From NCBI GenBank assembly GCA_044376115.1, contig JBILLK010000001.1, positions 352,001-416,000 on the forward strand: 64,000 bases of DNA, in the 5' to 3' direction. Made by a program: the position numbers and the translations under genes. Positions 18,172-26,849 of this stretch are shown one piece after another. How positions within the stretch are numbered: position 1 is the stretch's first letter; every line of letters starts with the position of its first letter. The notes under the pieces are model-generated. The model did not search any database. It was not told the DNA's origin and saw only the letters and a list, made by a program, of their open reading frames with translations. The stretch is from Polyangiaceae bacterium. Lineage in GTDB: Bacteria > Myxococcota_A > Polyangia > Polyangiales > Polyangiaceae.

Positions 18172-18606
18172 GTGCTTGCAGAACGTCCCCCCCAGAGCAG
18201 TCATGCGTTCCGCGTCCGCTTCTTCGAAACCGATTTGATGGGCATCGTTCACCACGCCGCCTACCTCACCTACTTCGAGGCCGGCCGGGTGGACTACCTT
18301 CACAAGCGCGGCGTCCGCTACGACAGCTGGGTGACCGCCGGCATCCATCTGCCGGTGGTCGAAGCCAACGCTCGCTACCGCAGAGCCGCGAAGTTCGATG
18401 ATCGGCTCGAGGTGGTAACGAGCTTGGGCGCCATCTCGCGAGTCACTGTGCGCTTCGATTATCGCGTGCAGCGCGGCGAGGAGCTCTTGTGTGAAGGCTT
18501 CACGCTGCTCGCTTGCGTTGGCTCCGATCTCGCTCCCAAGCGTTTTCCTGAATGGGTCTCATCGGTGTTGACCGGCGCTGAGAAGCCCAGCGAAGAGTGG
18601 ACCTGA
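18172..18606 (+). CDS. Acyl-CoA thioesterase (YbgC/FadM, 4HBT hot-dog fold)
   Basis: RVRFFETDLMGIVHHAAYLTYFEAGR. Confidence 0.9.
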   Translation: MLAERPPQSSHAFRVRFFETDLMGIVHHAAYLTYFEAGRVDYLHKRGVRYDSWVTAGIHLPVVEANARYRRAAKFDDRLEVVTSLGAISRVTVRFDYRVQRGEELLCEGFTLLACVGSDLAPKRFPEWVSSVLTGAEKPSEEWT

Positions 18607-18654
18607 ACGGCCGTGGGCTGACTGCAGCGGAGCCGAGCGTCCGCGCGGAGCCGC

Positions 18655-19941
18655 TCAAAAGCGGCCGGTAACGCCGACGAAACCCGGACCGACGACGGGC
18701 ATGATGGCGGACTGCGCAGGTTCAGCGCCGCCACTTGGAACCAACCACAAAACGGTCGCGAGGATGCCAACGGCGCCTGCTCCGGCGAGGATGCCGATGC
18801 CTGCGTAGAGAAAGGTGGTGCGCTCGGAGTCGATGCTCTCGATGTCTGCGAAGTCAGAAACGGGGAGATCGGTACCGGGCTCGCGCTCGGCCGCGGCGTC
18901 CTCGAGATCATTCTTGCGCAGCTCGGAGTTGATCAGGAGTACGCCGCCGGCGACGCCCAGGGCCAACGCTGTACCCGTTGTGATCCAAGGCCATACGCGA
19001 GAGGGCTCTTGCTCCGATGGCGCGAGCGTCACCTGTGCGAGACCGCCTTTCGCGAGCTCGACGCTGGTCTCGGCGTAGGCTCCGCTAGGCAACGTGAGAC
19101 GCACCTCGTGCGAGCCAGCGGTCGCCGGAATGAGCCCTGCGCCATCGGGCTTGATGTCGTCGCCGTCCAAACGAACGCGGCCACCTTCAGGGATGGTTCC
19201 TAACGAAATGGCGGCCTCGTTCTCCGGAACAGTGACCGTCTGCGAGTGAATGGCGTCCCCAAGATCGCCGAAGCGATCTTGCGCAACGAGCCGCAACGTC
19301 AGCGTGGATTTAGGCCGAATCCACGCGGAATCCAGCGTCCCCAACAACAGCCCCTCATCGGACGGCACGAGCGGTACGTCGAAGGAGCCTTCGAGCGCGC
19401 TGCTCTCGACTCGAACGATCATGCGCAGCCACGGCGCGGACTTGGCGAGCTTCGCTGAGAAGCGCACGGCCTGATAGGCGACGCTCGGCTTCTCGACTTC
19501 GAGCGGGCTCGGCTTGACGCCGGCCTCGGTCAGCCGATCCGCGCGGACTTTCTTGGCTGCGGCTTTACAGATCTCACGCACCTTCGGAGACAGCTCGCGA
19601 GCGACCTCCGGATCATAGGCTGCCGCGACCACGGCACGTCCACAGGCTTCGCGTGCGGCTTCCGGAGTTTGACTCACCAGCGAGCCGGTCGTCTCGAGCA
19701 GCGCCACTTCGATCGCGAGCTGCGGTGGCAGCGTCTTGCCTCGCAAGCTCGAGAGCGTCCGCATGCCGTCGGTGTAGTTGCCGGCGTCCATCTGCTCACG
19801 CGCCCGCGCGACCACGGCGGACATGTCCTGAGCGTAGAGCTCCCGTGGACACTGCAACGAAAGCACGACGCCCAGCCCGAGCAGCGCCCTCAACCAAGAA
19901 GTGCCGTGCTTCATTTCACGAACGATGGTCGCACGAGTCAT
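18655..19941 (-). CDS. Exported protein with helical N-terminus, PEGA-like domain and C-terminal hydrophobic segments
   Basis: Signal peptide, PEGGRVRLDG ... AGSHEVRL PEGA-like segment and C-terminal PVVGPGFVGVTGRF tail; ATGA overlap with the kinase (alternative start 19914). Confidence 0.65.
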   Translation of the reverse strand: MTRATIVREMKHGTSWLRALLGLGVVLSLQCPRELYAQDMSAVVARAREQMDAGNYTDGMRTLSSLRGKTLPPQLAIEVALLETTGSLVSQTPEAAREACGRAVVAAAYDPEVARELSPKVREICKAAAKKVRADRLTEAGVKPSPLEVEKPSVAYQAVRFSAKLAKSAPWLRMIVRVESSALEGSFDVPLVPSDEGLLLGTLDSAWIRPKSTLTLRLVAQDRFGDLGDAIHSQTVTVPENEAAISLGTIPEGGRVRLDGDDIKPDGAGLIPATAGSHEVRLTLPSGAYAETSVELAKGGLAQVTLAPSEQEPSRVWPWITTGTALALGVAGGVLLINSELRKNDLEDAAAEREPGTDLPVSDFADIESIDSERTTFLYAGIGILAGAGAVGILATVLWLVPSGGAEPAQSAIMPVVGPGFVGVTGRF

Positions 19942-21707
19942 TCGCTCTTCTTCAGATCAAAGCGGATGGCGCTCGTTTTGCCGGAAGTGATCTTCACGCT
20001 GGCCGAACGACTTGCGCCAAGCTCAGGGTTCGTAACGACGACGGTGTGCGTTCCCACCGGCAATGAGATGGCCCCGAGCGGCGTCGTTCCGTAGGAGCGC
20101 CCATCCACAGAAACGGTGCCCCATGGATTGACGGCGACCTGCAGCGTACCTGTGCCCGTACCCGGATCGACCTCTTCAGCCGTCTTTACAGTTGCTGTCT
20201 TGGGCGTGACGGGAACGCGACCGGTCTTCGAGGTTGGCGGAGCGGCGCTGCTACTCGCGAGACTTGGAACGGCCGTCTCCGCCGGTTTACCGCTCGCTGC
20301 GGACTCCGTGCCCACGCCCGTCGGCTTCGCGTCGGCACTCGCCGGGCCAGAGGCAGCAGCTTCCGTCGAGGACTTTGAGCCTCCAGGTTGAAGCAAGAGA
20401 ATCCACGCTGCACCGAACAAGGAGCCAAGGACCAACGCCGCACAGATCGCGAGGAACACCGTGCGTGAGTTGCGCGAAGGCGTGACCGACGGGCTCGCAT
20501 CGCGAATGCTCGCGATGCGGGTGACGCTGGCTGCATTCGGCGCGTCGGGAGGCACCGAAGTCGGCTCGCGGCGGAACGAACCGCTCGACGGTTGCGACGA
20601 TTGCACCATGCCCGCCGACGGGTAGGAGCCGCTCATGGGACCGCCGCTCATCGACGAGTTCGGGCTCATCGAGGAGTTGGGATAGGAACCGCTCGTGGAT
20701 GGCCGCGCTGAGTTGGCGTAGGCCTGATTTTCACCGGAGAGCGCGAGGCTCCATGGTTGACGATTGGCGGCGGTTGAAGCGCTGCTGACGGCCTGCACTC
20801 GCTCCATCAGCTCGGCGATGGCCTGCTCCTCGGCGTTCGCTCCGAGTTGGTAGAGCACGTTGTGTAGTTGGCCCGCGAGATGTCCGGCAGAAGGCATTCG
20901 GTGCTCGGAACTGAACTCGGTGGCTTGATCGATCACGGCCGCCAAGTCCGCGCGTATGTGGGGAGCGACCTCCACGACGCGGGGCGGTCGTTCGGTGGCG
21001 ATCATCGCGATCAGCTGGCCTTGGGTTTCGGCCTTGCGAAGCCGGGTCCCGATCAGCCCCTCGAACAGCGTAATGCCGAGGGAGAAGATATCGGCGCGAC
21101 CATCGAAGGGCGTACCGGTGGCCTGCTCCGGCGGCATGTACGGCAGCTTGCCTTTGAACACGCCGGTCTCGGTCTTCTCACCGCCCAAGCCGTGAATACG
21201 CGCGACACCAAAGTCGCTCAGGCGCACGCGACCGTCTCGACCAACGAGGATGTTGGCGGGGCTGATATCGCGGTGGACGACGCCGAGGTTCTGGCCGTTC
21301 GCGTCGCACATCGTGTGAACCGCATCCAAGGCTTTTGCGACTTCGCGACCGATCAGCGCGACTGCTTTTTCGCTTAGCGGCCCGCGACGGATCACCCGGT
21401 CGAGCGCTGCGCCATCGATGTAGTCGAGGACCAAGTAGAGACCCCGATCATCGGACTCGCCCAGCTCGATCAGCCGCACGATGTTTGGATGATCGAGGCG
21501 AGCAATGACTTGCGCTTCTGCGACGAAGGACTCACGTGCGTACTCGCTGAAGCCTTCGGTGATGAGCAGCCGCTTCACCGCGACTTGGCGCTGGAAGTTG
21601 CGCGGCCCCACCTCATTCGCAAGCCAGACCTCGCCCATTGCGCCTCGACCGAGGAGCCGCACGAGCTGGAACTTTCCGGCGAAGATTTCGGGTGACGCCT
21701 GCGACAT
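19938..21707 (-). CDS. Membrane Ser/Thr protein kinase with C-terminal PEGA domain
   Basis: GRGAMGEV, VAVK, HRDISPAN, DFG and YMPPEQ; one TM helix; PWGTVSVDG ... GTTP PEGA motif. Confidence 0.92.
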   Translation of the reverse strand: MSQASPEIFAGKFQLVRLLGRGAMGEVWLANEVGPRNFQRQVAVKRLLITEGFSEYARESFVAEAQVIARLDHPNIVRLIELGESDDRGLYLVLDYIDGAALDRVIRRGPLSEKAVALIGREVAKALDAVHTMCDANGQNLGVVHRDISPANILVGRDGRVRLSDFGVARIHGLGGEKTETGVFKGKLPYMPPEQATGTPFDGRADIFSLGITLFEGLIGTRLRKAETQGQLIAMIATERPPRVVEVAPHIRADLAAVIDQATEFSSEHRMPSAGHLAGQLHNVLYQLGANAEEQAIAELMERVQAVSSASTAANRQPWSLALSGENQAYANSARPSTSGSYPNSSMSPNSSMSGGPMSGSYPSAGMVQSSQPSSGSFRREPTSVPPDAPNAASVTRIASIRDASPSVTPSRNSRTVFLAICAALVLGSLFGAAWILLLQPGGSKSSTEAAASGPASADAKPTGVGTESAASGKPAETAVPSLASSSAAPPTSKTGRVPVTPKTATVKTAEEVDPGTGTGTLQVAVNPWGTVSVDGRSYGTTPLGAISLPVGTHTVVVTNPELGASRSASVKITSGKTSAIRFDLKKSE

Positions 21708-21790
21708 GAAGACCGACGAAGCCAAAGCACGCCAAAGAGCGTGGACAACACGAGTCTAACGCCAACGCGCAGCCGCGGCTTAGATTTGCG

Positions 21791-23083
21791 TCAAAGAGTG
21801 ACGGTCGATGCGCGGATGACTGCCCTGTCGTCAGCCACGTCCAGCCATACGACAAACAGCGTGTCCCCGACGGCCACGGCCCGGACGCTCCCGATATCCA
21901 TCGAGGATCTACGCTGGATTTCGGCGATCACGCTGGTTTCGGCTGTGCTTGTGTCCACTGACAATACTTTGAGTACAGGGCTCGCAAGTTCGGCCCCGGG
22001 CGTCACCAGCAGGGCTTTTCCCGAGTCAAGGTTCACCCAGGCCAGCCCCGGGTTGTCACGGGTGGTGGGGAGTTCACCGACGAGTTCGGGTTTTGCACTT
22101 GAAGTAAAGTCACGGCGATAGAGCTTCGCCGGCCCCGCGACGGGATCATCGGGCAACATGTCACCCTGGCGCGGCGAGGGCTCGACGAACAGCAAGCCAT
22201 CCTCATCGGTCAAGACCGGAACAGCTAGAGCCGGGAGCGCAACTTCGTTGGTTGGACCGCCTCCAAGACGCATCCAGGAAGGGCGCGTTTCGTCGATGAA
22301 CCAATCAGCCCCGGCGGCTGTCGCCCTTACCGAAGCGACTCCAGCAGCCAACGATCCTGTGCGTTCACTGACCAGACAGATGTGAGCCGCACAGCAGGTG
22401 TCGTCGGCGAGCGCGCAATCGTCCAAGGGCGATGTCAAAGCCCCGTTGGCCTCAAGTTCGAACACGGCGAGTCGCCCCGTGGTTTCACCTTCGAGGACCT
22501 TCGCCTCGAAGTAGCCGAGCTCGAGACGACCGTCGTCCGTTCGCACGAAGCGAGCCTGCGAGACGTTGCCGTAGCCGATGGTACCCATCCGGATCTCGCG
22601 GTCCCACACCGCCTCCGCCTCACCACCGAGGGACGCCCGAAAGACGCGTACGCGCGGTCGCGGATCGTCATCCACCGCGCTGGCAGACATGGCAACGAGC
22701 ACGGTGTCACTGTCGACGCTGTAGAGGTCGAAGAAGGGCTCGACCGCCCCCGGATCGCCCTCCCAGGTGCTCTCGAGCACGAGTTCTTCCGAGAGCGTTC
22801 CATCTTTGCGCAGACGCTTGCCGAGTACGGCTTGGCCGCGCGGCGCGTATGGGTAGGACTCCCAGCCAACGAGCACGTCCTCTCCAACCACCACCAACTT
22901 GATGTCCCCACCTCGTTGGTTGCCGAGCTGCGCGACGGTGATCGGTACTTCACTGCCGGGCGCCGCGCACACGCCGTGAATGCAGTCGTACCCTTCGGGG
23001 CATTCGCCGTCTGAACACTTCGAAGGGAACTCTCCGAGATCGACCGAACAGCCAGCAGCGAAAAGCAGCAACCAGCGCGACAT
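21791..23083 (-). CDS. Lipoprotein with N-terminal 4-Cys module and beta-rich body
   Basis: Start MSRWLLLFAAGC at 23083 (TGATG overlap); CSDGECPEGYDCIHGVC module. Confidence 0.7.
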   Translation of the reverse strand: MSRWLLLFAAGCSVDLGEFPSKCSDGECPEGYDCIHGVCAAPGSEVPITVAQLGNQRGGDIKLVVVGEDVLVGWESYPYAPRGQAVLGKRLRKDGTLSEELVLESTWEGDPGAVEPFFDLYSVDSDTVLVAMSASAVDDDPRPRVRVFRASLGGEAEAVWDREIRMGTIGYGNVSQARFVRTDDGRLELGYFEAKVLEGETTGRLAVFELEANGALTSPLDDCALADDTCCAAHICLVSERTGSLAAGVASVRATAAGADWFIDETRPSWMRLGGGPTNEVALPALAVPVLTDEDGLLFVEPSPRQGDMLPDDPVAGPAKLYRRDFTSSAKPELVGELPTTRDNPGLAWVNLDSGKALLVTPGAELASPVLKVLSVDTSTAETSVIAEIQRRSSMDIGSVRAVAVGDTLFVVWLDVADDRAVIRASTVTL

Positions 23084-24315
23084 CACTGACTCCCCGTCGA
23101 GGCGATCCACAAGTCCATCAAGTCCTCGCGGAGAGCCGTCCAAGCGAGATACACGCGGCCATTGGAGCGAAAACTGCGCCCTGAATAGAGGCTGTCGATG
23201 CCCCGCCGATCGACCGATGCGAGCGTTTGCGGATTGTCCGGCATGCTGAGATCGAGCACGTCCAACCGATCGAAGTCCTCGCCTGAGGAGCGCGGCCCCA
23301 ACAAAAGTGCGCCCACCGACGAAACGGCCGTATGAGGCTCGAGCGTTTCTTGCGTGGCGCCGATGGCGCTGCTGCCCAAGCGGGATCCGCTCCAATCGAA
23401 TTGCACGAGCTCCGCTTCACCGGCCTCACCGACAACCACGGAGAGCAGCCGGTCCTGGTCAGCGTGCACCACCAAGCCGTCGACCGTGAGCGGCGCATCC
23501 ACGTCCTCTGGCACCGCCGCCGAATCAGCGATTCGGTAGAGGAGAGGCACGTCCAAGCCGACCCGAACGTACAGCTCGTCCTCACCCTCCCAGAGGTAGC
23601 AATCCCCCGAGAGCGGCAGGACGCTGCTTGGGAGCGGCAACACGAGCCGACGTAGGACCGAGCTACCCTCGAGATGAATCAGCGTCAGTCGCCCACCATC
23701 GGAGGCGTCGCTAAAACACAGATCGGCACCACCCTGGCGGGCCAGCGCGCTGACGTAAGGTGGCTCGGTTCCACCAACGAACGGCACCGTTTCTTCCAAC
23801 AAGACCTCGGTGCCGACGTCACTTCCTTCACGCGCTATCCGCGTAAAGCGCAGCGTCTCGGAGGATTCATCGACCGCAGGAAAGCGCAGCGACAGCACGC
23901 CGTAGCTGGTTTCACTCAGCGCTACGACCGCTGAAGAGGTTGGGTAGTCCTCCGAAAAATCCAAGATCTGTTTTGGCTGGGAGACCACACCCGTTGGGTC
24001 GACTTCGATCTCATACAAGCCGCGGAGCGAGGGCGTGAAGCCATCGTTTACGACCAAGGTTGCGCCCTCGGTGTTCGGGCTTGCAAACCAGTACATCTCA
24101 GCTGAGTTGATCCACGTTACGCGCATGGCGCGCACCTCTGGGGGCACCTCACCCTCGACGACGCACAAGCCAGAAACGCAAGCGTAGCCGCTGGGACAAA
24201 GCTCACTTTCGACGCAGGAAAACGGCTCGTCGCCGAGCTCGAGAGCACAACTCGCAAGCAGGCCCCCCGCAAGGATCGCCGCCGCGAAGGCCGCGCATTT
24301 CGCCCCGCGCTTCAT
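23083..24315 (-). CDS. Lipoprotein with N-terminal 4-Cys module, probable paralog of the downstream gene
   Basis: Lipobox LLASC; CVESELCPSGYACVSGLC module; ATGA overlap at 24312-24315. Confidence 0.7.
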   Translation of the reverse strand: MKRGAKCAAFAAAILAGGLLASCALELGDEPFSCVESELCPSGYACVSGLCVVEGEVPPEVRAMRVTWINSAEMYWFASPNTEGATLVVNDGFTPSLRGLYEIEVDPTGVVSQPKQILDFSEDYPTSSAVVALSETSYGVLSLRFPAVDESSETLRFTRIAREGSDVGTEVLLEETVPFVGGTEPPYVSALARQGGADLCFSDASDGGRLTLIHLEGSSVLRRLVLPLPSSVLPLSGDCYLWEGEDELYVRVGLDVPLLYRIADSAAVPEDVDAPLTVDGLVVHADQDRLLSVVVGEAGEAELVQFDWSGSRLGSSAIGATQETLEPHTAVSSVGALLLGPRSSGEDFDRLDVLDLSMPDNPQTLASVDRRGIDSLYSGRSFRSNGRVYLAWTALREDLMDLWIASTGSQ

Positions 24316-26849
24316 TTCTTCTGGTCCCGCCGGGGATTCGCCCATGAGGCGGTCCCCGCTTTGGCTCGACGGTCGCGAGCTGGGTCTCCCGAAGAAACAG
24401 GCGCCTCAACGACGGGCTCTTCCGGTGCTGCGGGCGGTTGTTCCGAAGGTGCTGAGTCGGGTTGGCGAGACTTGGGTGGTGAGGCCCAACTGGAGGTGGT
24501 CTTCGCGCGAACCGAGCGCGGTGCAGCCGAAAGATTCGACAGCGGCAGTGCGGGCGCGGATACCGCAGCGGCTCCTGCTTCTGCGACCGCGGGAGGCGGG
24601 GTAGCTTCAACCGGCTTTGCTGCGGCTGCTCGTGAAGAACTCGGCACAGGCGGCGTCGGTGCATCACGCAGGCTGACGGCGGGCATTGCTCGAACGGTTG
24701 CCTTGAGTGGAGGCCTTGCGCCCGGCGGCATTTTCAAAGCTAGCGGGGCCTTGACGAGCGGAGAAGCCACAGGAGCTTTGGCGTCAGCAAAGCTCGGATC
24801 GACCTCCTGTGCAGGCGCAGCAGGCTGCGCTGGAAGCGGGGCGAAGACCTCATCCCAATCGTCGTCACCACCTTTGCTCTCGGGGAAGGCCGGTTGACCC
24901 GCAGGAGCACCCCCTGCATTGGAGGGAGGACCCTCTGCGTCGAACGAAGCCGATTTGCCAGATGAGGTCCAGCGCAGCCCCCAGCTCGGACTCGACAGCG
25001 GCTCGGCACCTTGGCTTGACCGATTGGTTTCATCCGAAAGGTAGGCCGCGAGAATCGAGTCCGTCTCCGAATCGCCAGCAGGCTTTCGTGCGTTCTCGAT
25101 CTCCTTACCAATCTCGCCCCAACTCACCGAACGCGTCTCGGCGGGAGGCTCGGCGCTTGGCGTGGGCCTAGCCGCCTTGCCTTGCGCTGGTGCGCCTGAC
25201 GCGGCCTCCTCCGAGCGCGGGTCCCAGCGTCGCGTCGGCTGTTTGACCTTCGGGGCTTCAAACGGCAGCTTGACCGCGCTGATTGCCTGCCCGGCCGACG
25301 GACTCGAGAGCTCGCTTGGCAAACTAGGACGCGATAGCGCCGATGACCCAAAGCTCGAGGAGATATCACTCGGAACCTCCCGGCTGTTGCTTACCGGCGG
25401 CTCTTCGACAGCCTGGCGCGAGCGCCGCGAGGCGACCTGCATCACGTAGGCTCGCATCTGCCGCATCTGTTGGTCGGTCGAGTCGATTGCACGACGGATC
25501 GTGCGAACCCTTCCGTCCTTGGTTACAGCGACCGATAGATCGACGTCCTCGGGCTCAGGCAAAAGCTGCGCATTCTCGTCGTAGAGAATCCGCACCGGCG
25601 GACGCGCAAAATCGACGGGAAGGTTGGGCGTCGCGAGCACCACGCCCATCTCGCCAGTGGAAAGCTCAACCATGGTGCCCGCAGGGAAAATACCCAGCGC
25701 ACCGAGCAGCAACTTGACCAGCGCTCGGCCAGTGTTGTCGGCAGCTTGACCGTCGAGCACCTGAATCGCGTCGTCCAAACCCAACGCAGAACCTGTTGCG
25801 GAAGGCGTTCGTAACTCAACGAAGGAGCGGGCTATCACCAGGATGCGCGAGGCCAACGTTGGAGTTCGCTTGCCTCGATACGGGGTTAGGCCGTTCTTGA
25901 GGGCGTGCACCTCATGAAGAAGCACAGCGCGCGTGAGGTTGGGCGGATGCAGTTTGCCCAGAGCCGTGGCAGCCACCACAGCGCTCGTCATTTGCAGCGT
26001 CTCCTCGTCGGCGTTGAGTTGGCGCGGCGAGCTGGCTCCGATCCCCAGAAGACGAGGCCGCCCGATGTCGTGGAGCAGCGCTGCGCTAACGATGGCCGAA
26101 AGCAACGCTCGATCCGTTGAGAGCTGGCTTGCCATGGCCAGTGCGACCACGGCCGAGGAGAGCAAAGTCTGCGTGCGATCGGCGTCGACGCTGGGCACAG
26201 CCGCGATCGAAAGCAGCAACCTGGCCTCGAGCTCAGATTGCGAAACGAGCTTCTGAGCGATGCGTTTGACACCCTGTCGCGGCTCATAGTTGCCGTCGCG
26301 CAGATCCGAATAGAACGACCTTAGGATCATGAGGCCGGCCGCGTAGGTGCGCGCAGCCTTGACCTGCGGCGACAACACGCCCGACGTGCCGAGCCCAACG
26401 ATTTTTCGTAGACCAAGGCCGTCCCACCCGCCGTTCGTCAGCCGAACGGAAGGCTTGCCGTCGCGTGACGCGTTCGCTGCGGCTCGTCCGAATTCCGCCA
26501 CCTCAGCGGCTGTTATCTCGCTGGTGACCGTCACCTCGGTAGCGTCGCAGGCAGCCAGCAGCGCCCCAAGCTCGAGCGCGAGTTGGTAGGTCTCCTTCGA
26601 GGCGCGCATCATTTGACGGTTGATGAAGACCGCGTGCGGCGTAAAAAGGATGGCCGCTGCTTTGACCCCGGCAGCCTCGCAGTAGCGCTGAACCGAGACC
26701 ACCGCCTGATCGATCACTTGGATGACGGCCTGGTTCTGTTCAGAATGAAGCTGGCAGGCTTTGATTACGCGATAGAGCGCGTTGACCACTTTCCCGGCAA
26801 GCTGACGCCGGTCTTCCTCTTGGCTGGCCTCGACACGCGGCGCGTTCAT
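24312..26849 (-). CDS. Degenerate HD-GYP-like protein with long disordered Pro/Ala/Ser C-terminus
   Basis: AALLHDIGR and GIFPAGTMVELSTGEMGVV ... RPPVR tail typical of HD-GYP proteins; other metal ligands and GYP are missing. Confidence 0.7.
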   Translation of the reverse strand: MNAPRVEASQEEDRRQLAGKVVNALYRVIKACQLHSEQNQAVIQVIDQAVVSVQRYCEAAGVKAAAILFTPHAVFINRQMMRASKETYQLALELGALLAACDATEVTVTSEITAAEVAEFGRAAANASRDGKPSVRLTNGGWDGLGLRKIVGLGTSGVLSPQVKAARTYAAGLMILRSFYSDLRDGNYEPRQGVKRIAQKLVSQSELEARLLLSIAAVPSVDADRTQTLLSSAVVALAMASQLSTDRALLSAIVSAALLHDIGRPRLLGIGASSPRQLNADEETLQMTSAVVAATALGKLHPPNLTRAVLLHEVHALKNGLTPYRGKRTPTLASRILVIARSFVELRTPSATGSALGLDDAIQVLDGQAADNTGRALVKLLLGALGIFPAGTMVELSTGEMGVVLATPNLPVDFARPPVRILYDENAQLLPEPEDVDLSVAVTKDGRVRTIRRAIDSTDQQMRQMRAYVMQVASRRSRQAVEEPPVSNSREVPSDISSSFGSSALSRPSLPSELSSPSAGQAISAVKLPFEAPKVKQPTRRWDPRSEEAASGAPAQGKAARPTPSAEPPAETRSVSWGEIGKEIENARKPAGDSETDSILAAYLSDETNRSSQGAEPLSSPSWGLRWTSSGKSASFDAEGPPSNAGGAPAGQPAFPESKGGDDDWDEVFAPLPAQPAAPAQEVDPSFADAKAPVASPLVKAPLALKMPPGARPPLKATVRAMPAVSLRDAPTPPVPSSSRAAAAKPVEATPPPAVAEAGAAAVSAPALPLSNLSAAPRSVRAKTTSSWASPPKSRQPDSAPSEQPPAAPEEPVVEAPVSSGDPARDRRAKAGTASWANPRRDQKK

